Source of the DNA: the human T2T-CHM13v2.0 reference genome, Homo sapiens
NCBI RefSeq assembly: GCF_009914755.1
Contig: NC_060925.1
Strand: one strand, 5' to 3'
DNA length: 64,000 bases
Positions 1 to 12,799 of this stretch are shown here, one piece after another. Position 1 is the first letter of the stretch. Each line of letters starts with the position of its first letter. The notes under the pieces are model-generated. The model did not search any database, was not told the DNA's origin, and saw only the letters and a program-made list of their open reading frames with translations. The position numbers and the translations under genes are program-made.

Positions 1-294
1 AAACTACTGAGATGAGCCAATCAGTCCACACAAACGGAAGTTTTCATAGGCCTGTGACAGACTCCAACTAAAATGTGGTTTTCTACCCAAAGCTTTAGTG
101 TCCTGCTTCATATGAAGTACAATTTCATTACAAAATAGCAAGTGCTTCCCAAGCCAATGAGGTATCTCTAAGTACATGGACCTGAGGCATGAACATGCTG
201 ATGTGAATGTAAACAACAGTCACACATAAAATAAATTAGTCAGTGTGCAATGAATTTAGAAAATACTTCAAATAAATAGAGGAGACTAAATGGT

Positions 295-617
295 ATTTAT
301 TCATTTAATCAACAAATATTTATTGAGCCTCTATTATATGACAAGTATTACCCTAGATACTGGGAAAACAGAGATTAACCAAATAAACAACACTCATGAA
401 ATTTGCAGTCTAACGGGAGGAGAAAGACAACAAATTTAAAAATCTCTACTATGTTGAGTGGTGATAAATGTTGTGGATAAAAGTAAAGTTGGATGAGAAG
501 ACTAGGGAATGCCCTGGTGAGGCATGAGGGCATTTGATACTTGATATAGGATCGTCAAGAGAGAACCCTCTCAGAAGGAGCTGTTGTCAGGGGAAGATCA
601 AAAGCCCTGAGCTGGAA
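295..617 (-). mobile_element. L2 3' fragment
   Basis: ttcatttaatcaacaaatatttattgagc... is the typical reverse-complement L2 tail. Confidence 0.65.

Positions 618-618
<1 letters not shown>

Positions 619-666
<48 letters not shown>
619..666. repeat. (TG)24 microsatellite
   Basis: Perfect 48-bp TG run. Confidence 0.98.
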
Positions 667-669
<3 letters not shown>

Positions 670-1073
670 CTGGCCCACTTCTTTTTCCTTCAGTGTTTGT
701 CTTTTTATAACCTGTTTAAAAGAGCAATTTTTATATTAAAAAATTAACCCTTTGAATTCCGTTTATGTTACCAACGTTTTCCCCTCACTTCGTCAGTGTA
801 TTTCTCTTTTGTGATATTTTTGCACCAGTGGAATTTTTATCAGAATTGCACTCAAATATATTAATTATTTGGGAAGAATTTACATGTCTGCAGCCTTCAG
901 TCCTCCCATTTAGTAAAACTGGTAGTCCAGTCTTAAAAGTACCACAAATTTTTATTAAGATGATTCTTTGGTTTTTAAAACTATTTTTGCTGTTATTATG
1001 AATGTAGGATTATTTTGGTCCATTGTACTTTCTAACTGTTGTTTCTGGTTATAAGAGAAAATTATTAGTTTTT

Positions 1074-1109
1074 GGAGCACAGTGGCTCACACCTGTAATC
1101 CCAGCACTT
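1074..1109 (+). mobile_element. 36-bp Alu 5' fragment with 19-bp TSD
   Basis: gcacagtggctcacacctgtaatcccagcactt flanked by gagaaaattattagttttt and gagaaaactatttgttttt. Confidence 0.8.
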
Positions 1110-1599
1110 GAGAAAACTATTTGTTTTTAAATGTGTATGTTTTTGTCTTCAGCCATTTTCTCAAACTCCCTTATTCGAATAGTTTTTAGTTTCTTTCCAC
1201 TATTTATAAACAATTATTTCATCTAGGTATAATATTTCTGTTTCTTCTCATCATTAACATTTTATGTCTTAATTCTACTCACTAAAATTTCCAGGACCTT
1301 AATGAAAAAAAGATAACAGTATACTCACTTTTCTTGTTCTTGATTTTAATAACATATATCGCTAGTATTTTTACAATTACTTGTGATGCCAGCCTTTAGT
1401 TTAACAGAGGTGTTTTTTATTAGGTGTTAAAGAAATATCCCTTTAGTCATAGATTTAAACATTCTTATTTGGAGTGGATATTGCATTTTGTCAAATTCTT
1501 TTTGGTATCTGTCAAAGAAATGATAAGTTGTTTCTTCTTTAAATGGCTAATACCATAAATTAATTTAATATAGGGTCTATTAAGATGTTTTTTAGAGAA

Positions 1600-1875
1600 C
1601 ACTTTTTCCACAGGCTGGTCCATGAAAAAAATTGGGGGTGGGGAGATTATTGTCTGATCAAATCATTTGGAGGAAATGCTACATAGTATATTTTCTTCTT
1701 AAAGATTAATTAGCTCATTAGCATATTAAAGATACTGAGAAGTCCAGTAGTGAAGAATTCCATTAACTTTGTTAAACCCTTCATTTCCAAATATTACCTG
1801 TCCCCTCTCCTTCATATAGCATTAATTAGCACCCCCCTTGACTTGGGTTCAATCTAACACACTTGAGAAGTGTTA
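1600..1875. mobile_element. Old non-autonomous DNA transposon (hAT-Charlie-like)
   Basis: cattagcatattaaagatactgagaagtcc...aactttgttaaaccc...cacacttgagaa resembles Charlie-type MERs. Confidence 0.4.
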
Positions 1876-4800
1876 TATTAATAGCTTTCCTTGTATTAAA
1901 TCATCCTTGCACTCCTGGAATAGAAATGCCTTGGCCATAGAGTGTGGCTTTTTAATCTAGTGCTAAGAGTGCTAAGTTGGTTAGGTTTTAACTGAGGATT
2001 TTTGAGTCTGTAATTATAAGTGGGATGTACTGTCATTTTTTTGTCTCTGCCTTCTTTTGGCTGTTTCTCTTATTTTAGTATCAGTGTGATTCTGGATTGG
2101 TGATATGTATTGGGAAATGATCCATATTTTTCTGGGCTCTGGAACAATTTATGCTGCATGGGGAATTATCATAGGATTTTATTTTCTTAATTTGAAATAT
2201 TTTCTACAAAATAGCCAAAAGAGAAATGAACCCAAACACAGTGCTAACTGGTTGTCAGTGAGCTTGTAATTAAATCCCCTGTTAGCTTTATTTTCTTTAC
2301 TGATGAGGCTTCAAATGTCTTCATTTTTCCTCTTTGTGGGTAAACATGATTGCTCTTTGCCCCAAACGGTTGACGGTTCAGACAGCCTACCCTGCTTAGA
2401 AGCAATCATTCCTTGCTCTTGTCACTCCAGTTCACTGCAGAACAGGGAAGCATCAAAGTTAGGTCAGGGAAGCAGGAAATGATAGAATCCCAGGCAGGAG
2501 AACCAAACTTCTCCATGAGTATGTTGTCCCTGAGGCTGGGAACAAAGTGGGGTGACAAGTATGAAGGCCTGGAGGGAGGGAGGCAACAGAGGCAGGTGAA
2601 TTGTGAGGTCTAGAATCCCAAGAAGAGGTGAAAGAGTATCGATCCTGTTTTAAAAACACTTTCTTTGAGGCCGTGTTGAGAGAATGTTGGACATTTACAG
2701 TCTGTAAGTGGCGACAGGGAGTGCTAGGTCCACTTCTGAGGCCAGTTCCTCCCCAAGTCACAGAACTCTTTATTCAGAGAGATGCAATATTATTATAGTC
2801 AAAATACTTCACACAATTAAGGGTTTAGGCATGAAAACACATAAAAATGGATATATACCTTCTTTCCTGGTATGGGGATTACTCCACATTAAAAAGCGAA
2901 ATACCTTAGCCATGCATTCCAGCCTCATAGCAGGCGCCCAGCTACGTGCTAGGTATTTGTGACTAAGTACCTGGTGTTTGTTCAATAAAGATGTGTGTTG
3001 TCTTTCCTTGTTTTTATGCAATAGATGTGTTTCTAAAAGGTGGGGCATACATTAAAATTAGAGAATTAATCTTTTTTTCCAGGTGAGGTATATATATATA
3101 TATACACACACACATATATCCTTAGGCACTAAATGTGTCTGCTTTTTAATCCATCTTTAGTTAGTGTTTCTGAGCATGGGAACTTTTTAACCTCTCCTTA
3201 TCCTGGTACTCTTAAGGTATAATAATGGTCTCAGATACTTCAATATATTAAATTTTAAAAATTATTATATTAATATTCAAAATAATTTTTTTCTAAATAA
3301 GTTGATAAGTTGCCAGTGTTCTCTATTTGTTTCTTCATATGCTGGGTAGCTTGCACCTCCATCTAAAATACAAATTGCACATAATACAATTCTTTAACCA
3401 AATATCGGTTGTGTTTCTTTTGAGACAAAAAAAGAAACTGCTAAGATTACATGTCTCTGAGTTATTCTCTGTAATGTGATGAATGCCAAAAACAAGAAAC
3501 ATGTATAGTAGAGGAAAATAGTGGTGATCAACAGCAAAGTGGTTCCCTCCACTCTTCTCCATACCCCTCTCCTCCCTTCAGAGAAGCACATTCATCTAAG
3601 TGAATTGTTGGGAAAAACTTATAGTCCATTCCTCCATCCAAGGATCCCTCTACGTTGCAGGCATATGTTTAACATGCTTATTAAATGCTATTTTTTCTCT
3701 AGTAATGTACAGCAAAAAATAATAATAATCAAAGGAAAATTTTGGTGGTCTGTTGCAATATGAAATCAGGATTTGAATGCCTGTAATATTATAACCAACA
3801 CTGAGTTCTTTGAAGTTCCTTGATTCTCACAAAGCTAAAAATCATTCCTTACCCTTGATTAGAGAAAAATCTGATTTTCCTGTTGCATTGCCTTCTTGAA
3901 AGAGATGATATGAGAAAGTGCCACGATGAATTGTTGAGGTTAAATCAGACGATATTGATTTTGTGTCTAACCCAGCTGTACTTTCTCAGTTCCAACACCT
4001 CACAGGGAAATACATACAGGCCATTCCACAGTAAAGACACCTGCGACTTGATAAAATTATTGGGTAAGGACATGGGAAAACATATTTTTCTCCATAGCCA
4101 TGCTTGCATGTTTTTCTTTTTTTATTTTTATTTTACCCCTTTCCCTGCCTCCCCTTTTTGTGATTGTATAGAATATGCCAACATTTTGAAGGGACATCTT
4201 GGGAGGTGAGGCCGGTTCCCTGGGACCAGATTCTCTGTTATCGTGAGCCAGGTCACCATTTCATTCCCCTCTGTTAACAGTGACTGTAGAGTCCACAGAT
4301 GTTCCACAGTGGGTGGAGGTAATAATCTGAGGCCTGTACCCAAGCCACCTTGTGGCCCAGGTTTTAAAGTTGTGTGGGAAGCAAAGAAACAGATGCAAAA
4401 GACAACATGCAGAAAGAGTGAACACAACTCAGTGACTAATGGGGCATGCAGGATCAGGAAGAGCTAAAAGTCAAATGACATTCATATCCTGGAGAATGAG
4501 GTGCCCCCATCAAGTTAATCCATTAATTAATCAAACATTCAGGACCTGGAGCCATTCACTCTCTAACATATTCTTTGGCTGTATTAATATGGCCATTAAT
4601 TCCTGAACAACAAGCAGAAGGAAACAGTACTTAAAACCATGGTTGAGAGCACTTAGTTTTTCTTCTCTGACGATGTGCAAATCGGCAGTTGCACTTTTAA
4701 AAAAAGCCTTTCATATAAATCTGGGCACCATCCTGAATGCATCAGTCCTATTAACAGCATGCTAGTTTTGGAGAATTGCTACAAACCCAGCCTGAGGTGA

Positions 4801-5540
4801 ATGGCAGCTGCTCTTCTCTGGTCAGGGCTACTTAAAGAAGTGGCAAGTCCAAAGCCATTTAGAAACTGAAAAGTGGCCTTCTGATAAATAAAACGACACT
4901 TCTGAAGCTGAACATCAAGGAAAGAACTTTGTGCTGACGGAGAACTACAGAAGCTTTCCTATGGGAGGCTGGCATGCAGATGTCACCGTGGGGCTTTGTT
5001 GATTATGAAACTGGAAGCCATAGCAGTAAGTGGGTGCATGGGGGCAACCAAAAGCAGGAGGATGGCCTTGCCTGTGTCTGTAAGATGACTTGAGACAGTA
5101 GCTGCCAACAGAGTCCCTTAGGTGTGTGCTTTATAACTGCAGGATGGTACAAATGACACTCTTAATTTTCTGAGAGTTTGCTTTGCAGTGAAGATTTAAG
5201 ACACTGAGATTAATTTAGTTAAATTGATATTTCCCCTCGTGATTTCAGGGATTAAACAGTGAATAAGCCTCTTGATGTTGATCTATCTCCTGGGGGGTCC
5301 AATAAATTACAGAAACACTTCTTGCCATTTTTTGGAGCTTCCTCTTCATTTATTCTCCTTCCTGTGGCATACTGTGTATGGCCAGGCCTTTGCTACAATT
5401 TGTTATTTATAAAAAGTACAGAGCACATTTCAATCCTACCAGATAAAGTCAGAATTCTAACTGAGCTATGGGTCAACTAACTAGAAAAAGGAGTTTAAGA
5501 CCCAACTCTGGATGTAAATGATGACATGGCTGTCTGTGAG

Positions 5541-5924
5541 GGATATGGTTTGGATTTGTATCCCTGCCCAAATCTCATGTCAAATTGTAATCCCCAGTGT
5601 TGGAGGAGGGGCCTGGTGGGAGGTGACCGGATCATGGGGACAGACATCCCCCTTGCTGTTCTCCGGACAGTGAGTGAGTTCTCACAAGACCTGGTTGTTT
5701 AAAAGTGTGTAGCCCCTCTTCCTTTTCTCTCTTCTTCCTGCTCTGGCCACGTAAGACGTGCCTCCTTCCTCTTTGACTTCCGTCATGATTGTGGGTTTCC
5801 TGAGGCCTCTCCAGCAATGCTTCCTGGGTAGCCCATGGAACCATGAGCCAACTAAACCTCTTTTCTTTGTGGATTGGCCAGTCTCAAGTAGTTCTTTGTA
5901 GCAATGTGAGAATGGACTAATACA
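5541..5924 (+). mobile_element. MaLR solo LTR (MSTA/MSTB-like)
   Basis: gatatggtttgg... to ...ggactaataca termini; 5-bp TSD gtgag/gtaag. Confidence 0.9.
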
Positions 5925-6458
5925 GTAAGGCTTATGGAACTTCAAGTGGTGATTTGGGTTGGATTCCTGACATCTCCTTGGTATATCCTTAGACACATCA
6001 TGGAGTCTCTCTGTTACATCATCGTTGAGAAAACATCAGCAAAATGCTTAAAATGTTTTGGGAAAAAATATGTTGGCAGAGTCTTACTTAGGAACAGGCT
6101 GCATTCCAAAATTATTCAACTAATTTGGACAAATTGAGTGTCTACTATGTGCCAGACATAGTTGACTTCGATAGATGGGGCACCTTTGCCAAAAAGTAGC
6201 CCTTTACTGGCAAGTTTCCAGTTAGTTTGCAAGTCAGCTGTGTATAAATTGGGATACATTTTCCTAAAGAGACAAATTTTGAAACAGTGGTTAGATTCTC
6301 AGGCCAATTCTCAGAAGCTAAGTTAATTCATAATGAAGTGGAACTCAACTTCTAATGGAATTCTCAAACCTAACTACCATTTACACAGTGATTTTTAACC
6401 CTTTGCTGCATACCACATTATAACGACCTAGGAATTCTTTAAAAATTTAATAAATACC

Positions 6459-6772
<314 letters not shown>

Positions 6773-9700
6773 CCAATACGCAAACTATGCCCACAGGACA
6801 ATAAAATCAGAATCTATTACCGGTAGCAATGGTGGAAAATGGACCTTAGGAAAGAATAGAGAGGAATGGGAAGCAATGCCTCTAGGGAGATCAGGGCTGT
6901 GACTGGGGGGTAGGGGCTAGGGTTCCAGGGGGTGCAGGGTGTCGTCTGGGGTATTGTGGCATTGGTGGCTAGAATAACAAGAGAAGATGCTTCTGGAAAT
7001 AGTAGTAAGACTGTGGGCTTGTACCCTATAGGAGATTTTTGTCTTTTGACAGTAAATCATTTTTCAGGAGTACGAAGATGATGCAGGGGGCTAGAATATT
7101 CAGCTCCAGAAGCACAAGGATTGGTGCTTCAATGATAAGGAGGGAGCTGATAAGAACCTAAGTGGTCAACATCACTCATCAGTTTCCTTTTGTCCAGTTC
7201 ATGAGGAATGAAAGAAGCTACCTTCAATCCACCTTCTTATTTTGGGGTGAAGCTTTCACAAAATGCCATGCCTCATGTTTCTCCTCTGAATATGTAGTTC
7301 TTTTTATCATCTTGGCCTGATTACAGGCCCTTAAGACTCAGCAGAGCTAAGGGGAAGGGAAGGGAATTGAGGGAACCACCAAGAGAGCTCCAAAAACAAG
7401 AGTTGGCAGGTAATTCTGTTCATCCACGCCTGCTCTGTAACAGCTTTCAGAGTTCAGCTCTTACTTTCAGTCACTTCCTTGCAACCCTTGCAGTCAGAAT
7501 TTCAGGGTTCAGAAACATAGGCCTAAAGTGTTATCACCAAGTGGTGAAAGCAAGTTTGCTGGGTGGAGGATCTCCTCGGCTATTTTGCCAAGTTCTTCTC
7601 ATTTTTATAGCTGGGCATGAAGATTTCCTTTTTTGACATTCTGTGACTGTTACAATGTAGGAAAATCTGTGGAGATACAACATTTTCATATTTCAAGTAG
7701 CTGCTCTCAAATAAGGGACATTTTCTAAGTTCTACTGTTTATTTTTCCCTGGAATTTTCTAGGATATATTGCTTTAGCTCTGTTTTCTAGTTTTCTCTTT
7801 ATGACATTTTGGCTTCTCCCGGTCAACAAAAATACTGCACTGGAAGAATTCCAGAGACATGTGAAAGTTATCTGTCCTGCTTGAGGGAAAGAAATTACTA
7901 CTGTTTTCTTCCCTCTGAGAGAGATGGCCCTTAAAAGTGTTGGAATGTATCTCTTTTCTTGACATTTTCTGATGTTCCTGATTCTGTTTTCCTGGTGAGG
8001 GCAAAATAAATTATTGTGAAAAAAAGGAGGTGAGGCCCTGGTTCTACAGGTTTCTAGAGGTTCTGGTATGGGGAGGGTGTGCACAGAAGAACTTCTTCCA
8101 GGTACTGATTTACTGTAAGCAACAAACAAACAGATCTTTTTTCTCATAGATTGCCAGCCGAACTGTGTAGCAACACTATGGAAAAGACCCCAACCACTTC
8201 CACAAAAGAAATTCTTCCCTTCACTAAGCGAGGAGTTTAACTCAGTTAGAAAATCTGGATGGACCTCAAAGGAAGAATTTTCTCCTTTCAAACTCAACCC
8301 ATTTCAATAATAGAGAGAAAAACAGATTTTTTTAGAACTGAAATTCCTTAGCAAAATTTAATTGGAATAGCATTCTACCTTAATGGGCAATCAGCTTATT
8401 TAGTAGGTGAGACTCCATTAATTTTGACTGTTCAAGGAGATTTCATAACCAAGTCACTTAACTTCAAGTATTCTGATGGAGCAGATAGCTCCCCATTTAG
8501 GAATTTTCTTGTGCTGGAGTAGGAAAATGAGAGCAGCGCCTGCCTTGATATGTTGATGATACCCTTTTATTTGGCAAAGGTATTATTCATAAGGTAGTCA
8601 ATTAATGTCAGCCTATTGGAAAAATGACAGGCTTTAAAGCTTCCTCTTTAGATTAGAGACTCTAAAATTCTAAATGCCTGCAGATCCATATGTCAGTTGT
8701 TGCTTCTGACCTTTCCTAATTGAATTAGCCTCCTTCTAGTGAGCCTGATTTAAAAAAAAAATTAATAGATGGGGTTGCTGGGGGTATCACTTAGATTTTC
8801 CTATTGAAAATAAATATTCCCCTCCAAGTAGTTTATTTCCGGAAGTATTAAGCCAAAGTCAGAAAAGTGGCAATAGCTTCAAATAGACAGGAAGTGGCTG
8901 TAAAATTAGCCTTTCTTAACGAGAAGGTCAGAGCTGCTTTATATTTTTTTAAATTTCACTTTTATGTGTGGCTCATTGCTTAGGCTCTGGCTGAGGCTCA
9001 TTTAACAATGATCCCAGCAGTACTGGAGCCCTAAGCAACAAGACTTGGAGACCTATCCTCCTTCCCTGGGGTGAAATCACCTCAAATCATTCTTAAATAC
9101 TTGTTAAAATTTTCAGTTGCTTAAAAGTTATTTTAAATGTAAATTTTCATTTTGAAAGCAAACAGGGACTCAGAAATGATTTTTGTCAGAATAAGTTTGG
9201 GTCTGATTCTCTCCTATAACCATTTCTAAAGGAAAAGCTTGGTTTAATTCAATCTCCAGTTAAGTCAAAAACCTAAAGAAAAGTGAGTCATTTCATTTCT
9301 CCTCTAAAAACTAAAGTGTCAGGAAAAGTTCTTTTATCTGTTTCAATATATTCCAACCTGTTACAATCTTTTTTTTTTTAAGTCATAGGAAAGTATACGA
9401 AGAAGGAATGGCTGATAGGTGAACTAAAAGAGAAAGCCAAAATCTTTAATTACCTTTATCAGGTTAGCAGGGAAACAGGCACCTATGCCTTAGGTAGAAA
9501 AAGGTGATTAGCATTCAGAATACTGAAGCCCACATCAATTCAGAAAGGGCATGATTTTAAGATAAGTTGAAGGGTAAGTTAGGAAGAAGCAACTTTTTAA
9601 AGCTTAAGTATAAAACTAGGATGAGATCAAAGATGGATTGTTAATAAGAGTCAAGGATTAGTTGGAAGTAAAGTCCCTAATCATACCCAGAGTATTTAAT

Positions 9701-10329
9701 AGACTCAATTGTGTTAAAGAAGATCTTAGAGGTCATCCAATCCAACTTCGATCTTTGATTGCAAGGAACAGATGTCTCCTCCAGCTGACACTAGCCAAAG
9801 ATGGGAATTTATTTAAAAGTTATATAAACTAATCACTGAAAGAAAGCCAGGCCTAAAGAATGAAGGAGATTCCAGAATTTGATCTTTATTTCAGGACCTA
9901 TCTCTTTATTTCTTTGAAAATTAATGCATATATCCTCAGCAGCAGCATAAAGCTATTGTTTGTACATGACTATGGCTGAAGTTCTAAAATGTGTTTTGAA
10001 TCGTGAAATTACAAGCACAGATCTACAAAATGGTGATAGTGTCTCTATACTAAAAATACAACTGCACATTTTCAATTTCTCTAAAATGAACTATGTTACT
10101 ATGTAATTGCAATTACAGAACTGCTGTTAATGATGAAAGACCCTACGCCTACCTAGACCAATCCTCTTATTCTACCATTAGAGAAACTGTAGCCTGGGAA
10201 GAAGTGATATGTTCATAATTTCCCAGAGGTTTAATAGTAGAGCCAGTAGAAGAATGGAGATCCTTTGATGGCTGCTGTATCAGACATGATGCTTTGTGCC
10301 ACACTGGGAGCAGTGGCCAAGAAAGAACT

Positions 10330-10512
10330 TAGTTAAGAACCTGAGTTCTCTAGTGTCAGACTGTCCTCGGGCAAGTACTTTATACCTTTCTGAGCCTTCA
10401 TCTGTGTAATATGGATATTAGTACTCCCCACAGGATGGGGTTGTTGTGAGGATTAAATGAGACAACAAATGCACAGTTATTAACACAATGTCTAGTACAT
10501 ATAAATGCTCTA
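10330..10512 (+). mobile_element. MIR
   Basis: gggcaagtac...tctgagcctt...gttgtgaggattaaatgag core. Confidence 0.7.
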
Positions 10513-10537
10513 AAAACAATACAATTATCAATCGAAA

Positions 10538-10930
10538 AATATTAGCTTTTTGCTGCATAACAAACAATCCTGAAACTGAATGATTTGCAAAAATATTTTT
10601 ATTTCCTACTTATAAATCTGTGATCAGCTATAACTCTGCTAAGCTTAGCTGGCCGTGGCTCCAGTTTTGGGCTCATGTTGATCCCATAAGTTTCCTCATC
10701 CCAGATCCAGGCTGAAGGAACAACCCCTACCTTGGATGCGTTGTTCTCACGATAAAGAGGAATATAAGAAATGGGAACCATGTGATGCTTCTTAAAACCT
10801 CTACTGGACACCATCACAATGTTGACTCTTCGCATATTATACCTATCACAGCAAGTCATTTGGCCAAGCCCAAATTCAATGAGGCAGAAAAGTTAATTGC
10901 ATCCACAGGCAAGCTATGTTCTAGGATGGA
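10538..10930 (-). mobile_element. Old MLT1 LTR
   Basis: attagctttttgctgcataacaaacaatcc start; caagtcatttggccaagccc motif. Confidence 0.6.
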
Positions 10931-11829
10931 ATGAACAATATAATCTAGCACAGAAAGGTTGCGAGAAAATCTGTGGTCACTGACACAAGAAGCTTGAATA
11001 ATCTGAAACTATAAACTGCATAGGCCATCTGTAGTAGCTCAAGTCTTCAAAATTATGGACTGTTAAGAAAAAAATCAGAGATCTAGGGAAGGCAACAAAG
11101 TTATTTTGGGTACAGACAGGATAAGAGGGTATATAATACCATTCCTTCTCCCAGAAGCTTCAATAGGTAGAGGATATACTGATTTAGAGGTCATTTATTT
11201 CAGTGTTTCCAAACCTGAAAGGTATTTCAAAGGGTTCATATTCTTAAAGCAGCAGTGGTATGTGTTTGCATTTCCACTAATTTTTTAAAAGCTCAATACA
11301 TTTAACGTTTATGTAAAAACTGTTTCCATTATAAATGGAACACATCGAGAACCCCCAGGTGTATATGGAGGAAGCCTACTTGGTGGTAAGTGGAGATTAG
11401 ATGACTTTGCTCGTGATTTGTAACTTAGTTTATAACACAGATGAGCACTACTAGGTGCATCCTTTATCATCATACATTTTTAATTGTTTTATTCTTAGTC
11501 ATATGTTGTTTACATTTCATTCTCAACTCTGAATTAATGAGGAATTTAATGAAGGAGAAAAACATAATTCTGTCAATTTTCTTCTGGATACTTTTCCCCA
11601 GATCCATAAATTTCTTTCATCTGAGAAAATAACTATATGAAACATCAAGATATCTCTAATATTTCAAAACATAATGTAAAAAAGAAAAATAAATTGGTGC
11701 TATTTATGCATCCTGTCTGTAACCAACAATCTATTGCAGAAATAAACACTGATGATGCTTTGAGGTCTGTACCAGGTTAGGGGATAGATCAGAATGACTG
11801 TGTTCCTATTATTTTTACACCTCAGTACA

Positions 11830-12170
11830 ACATCACAGGCCATTCCTTCTGCCTGAAAAGCCCTCCTTCTTCTCCCTCCTCTGCCTAATGTTCCACTCAG
11901 CCTTAATCCACAGCTCAGCTCTTACCTCCTGTTGGAGAAGAAATTATCCTCTTCAATTCCCTCAGCTATATTTGTTGCTCTTTCCCCAGTATTCCCATAG
12001 CACATGCAGGGGAATTACCTCCTGAATAGCCTTGGTTTTGAAAATAGTCACTGAGTCTGTCTTTCTGAGTTAACCCTGAGTTGAGATTGGGGCAATTTGG
12101 TTTTCCAGTGCCCAGCAACATGCCTCGCACCTAGAAAGTACTCAACACATCTTTCTTGAGTGGATGAGAG
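11830..12170 (+). mobile_element. L2 3' fragment
   Basis: ccagtgcccagcaacatgcctcgcacctagaaagtactcaa...tgagtggatga tail. Confidence 0.55.
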
Positions 12171-12408
12171 TAAACGGAATTGCAGCTTGATATATAAGAT
12201 TGAAAACTGGAGAGGACATTGAAGAGAGCATTTCAGGAAGAAGAAAAGCACACAGAAGTAAGGAGTAAGAAGACAGAGGCTGAGATGCGCAAGTTTAAGG
12301 AGCAATAAATGAGCCCATGTGACTAGACCAAAGAGTTTAAGAAAAGAAGTCCTGGAAAAAGCAGTGGGGAGTTTAGGTGTGTTGAGGAGGGTCTCAGGGG
12401 ACACACAT

Positions 12409-12799
12409 TGTCTTGGTCTGCCCTGGCCATCGTATGTCAAAATATCACATAGCTTAAACAGCAGAAGTTTATTTTCTCACAGTTTCGGGAGCTTGAAGTC
12501 TAAGATCAGGGTACCAGCATTACAGGTTTCTGGTGAAGGCTCTCTTCCTGTCTTGTAGATGGCTGCCCTCTGGCTGTGTTTTCACATGGTGGGAAGAGGG
12601 AGCACTCTGGTGTCTCTTGCTTTTCTTATAAGGAAACTAATCTTATCCCCGTAATCTCATCATATGACAACTCACCCTGCTAATCTCATGTAAAGCTAAT
12701 TATCTCCCAAAGGCCCCATCACCAAATACAAAATACCACCAGACTGGGGACTACGGCCTCAACATATGAATTTGGGGGAACAAAATTCAGCCCATAGCA
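12409..12799 (-). mobile_element. MLT1A-like solo LTR
   Basis: cagaagtttattttctcacagtt...ttctggtgaaggctctcttcct...aattcagcccatagca. Confidence 0.8.

Larger units (their letters stand above)
950..2200 (-). mobile_element. Degraded old L1M ORF2 fragments
   Basis: T-rich antisense L1-like motifs (cttttcttgttcttgatttt; ttgcattttgtcaaat; catccttgcactcctggaat). Confidence 0.55.

Noticed and set aside
7725-8297. Longest ORF in the track (190 aa, minus strand)
   Set aside because: Non-ATG start, no recognisable domain, antisense within an intron; compatible with chance.
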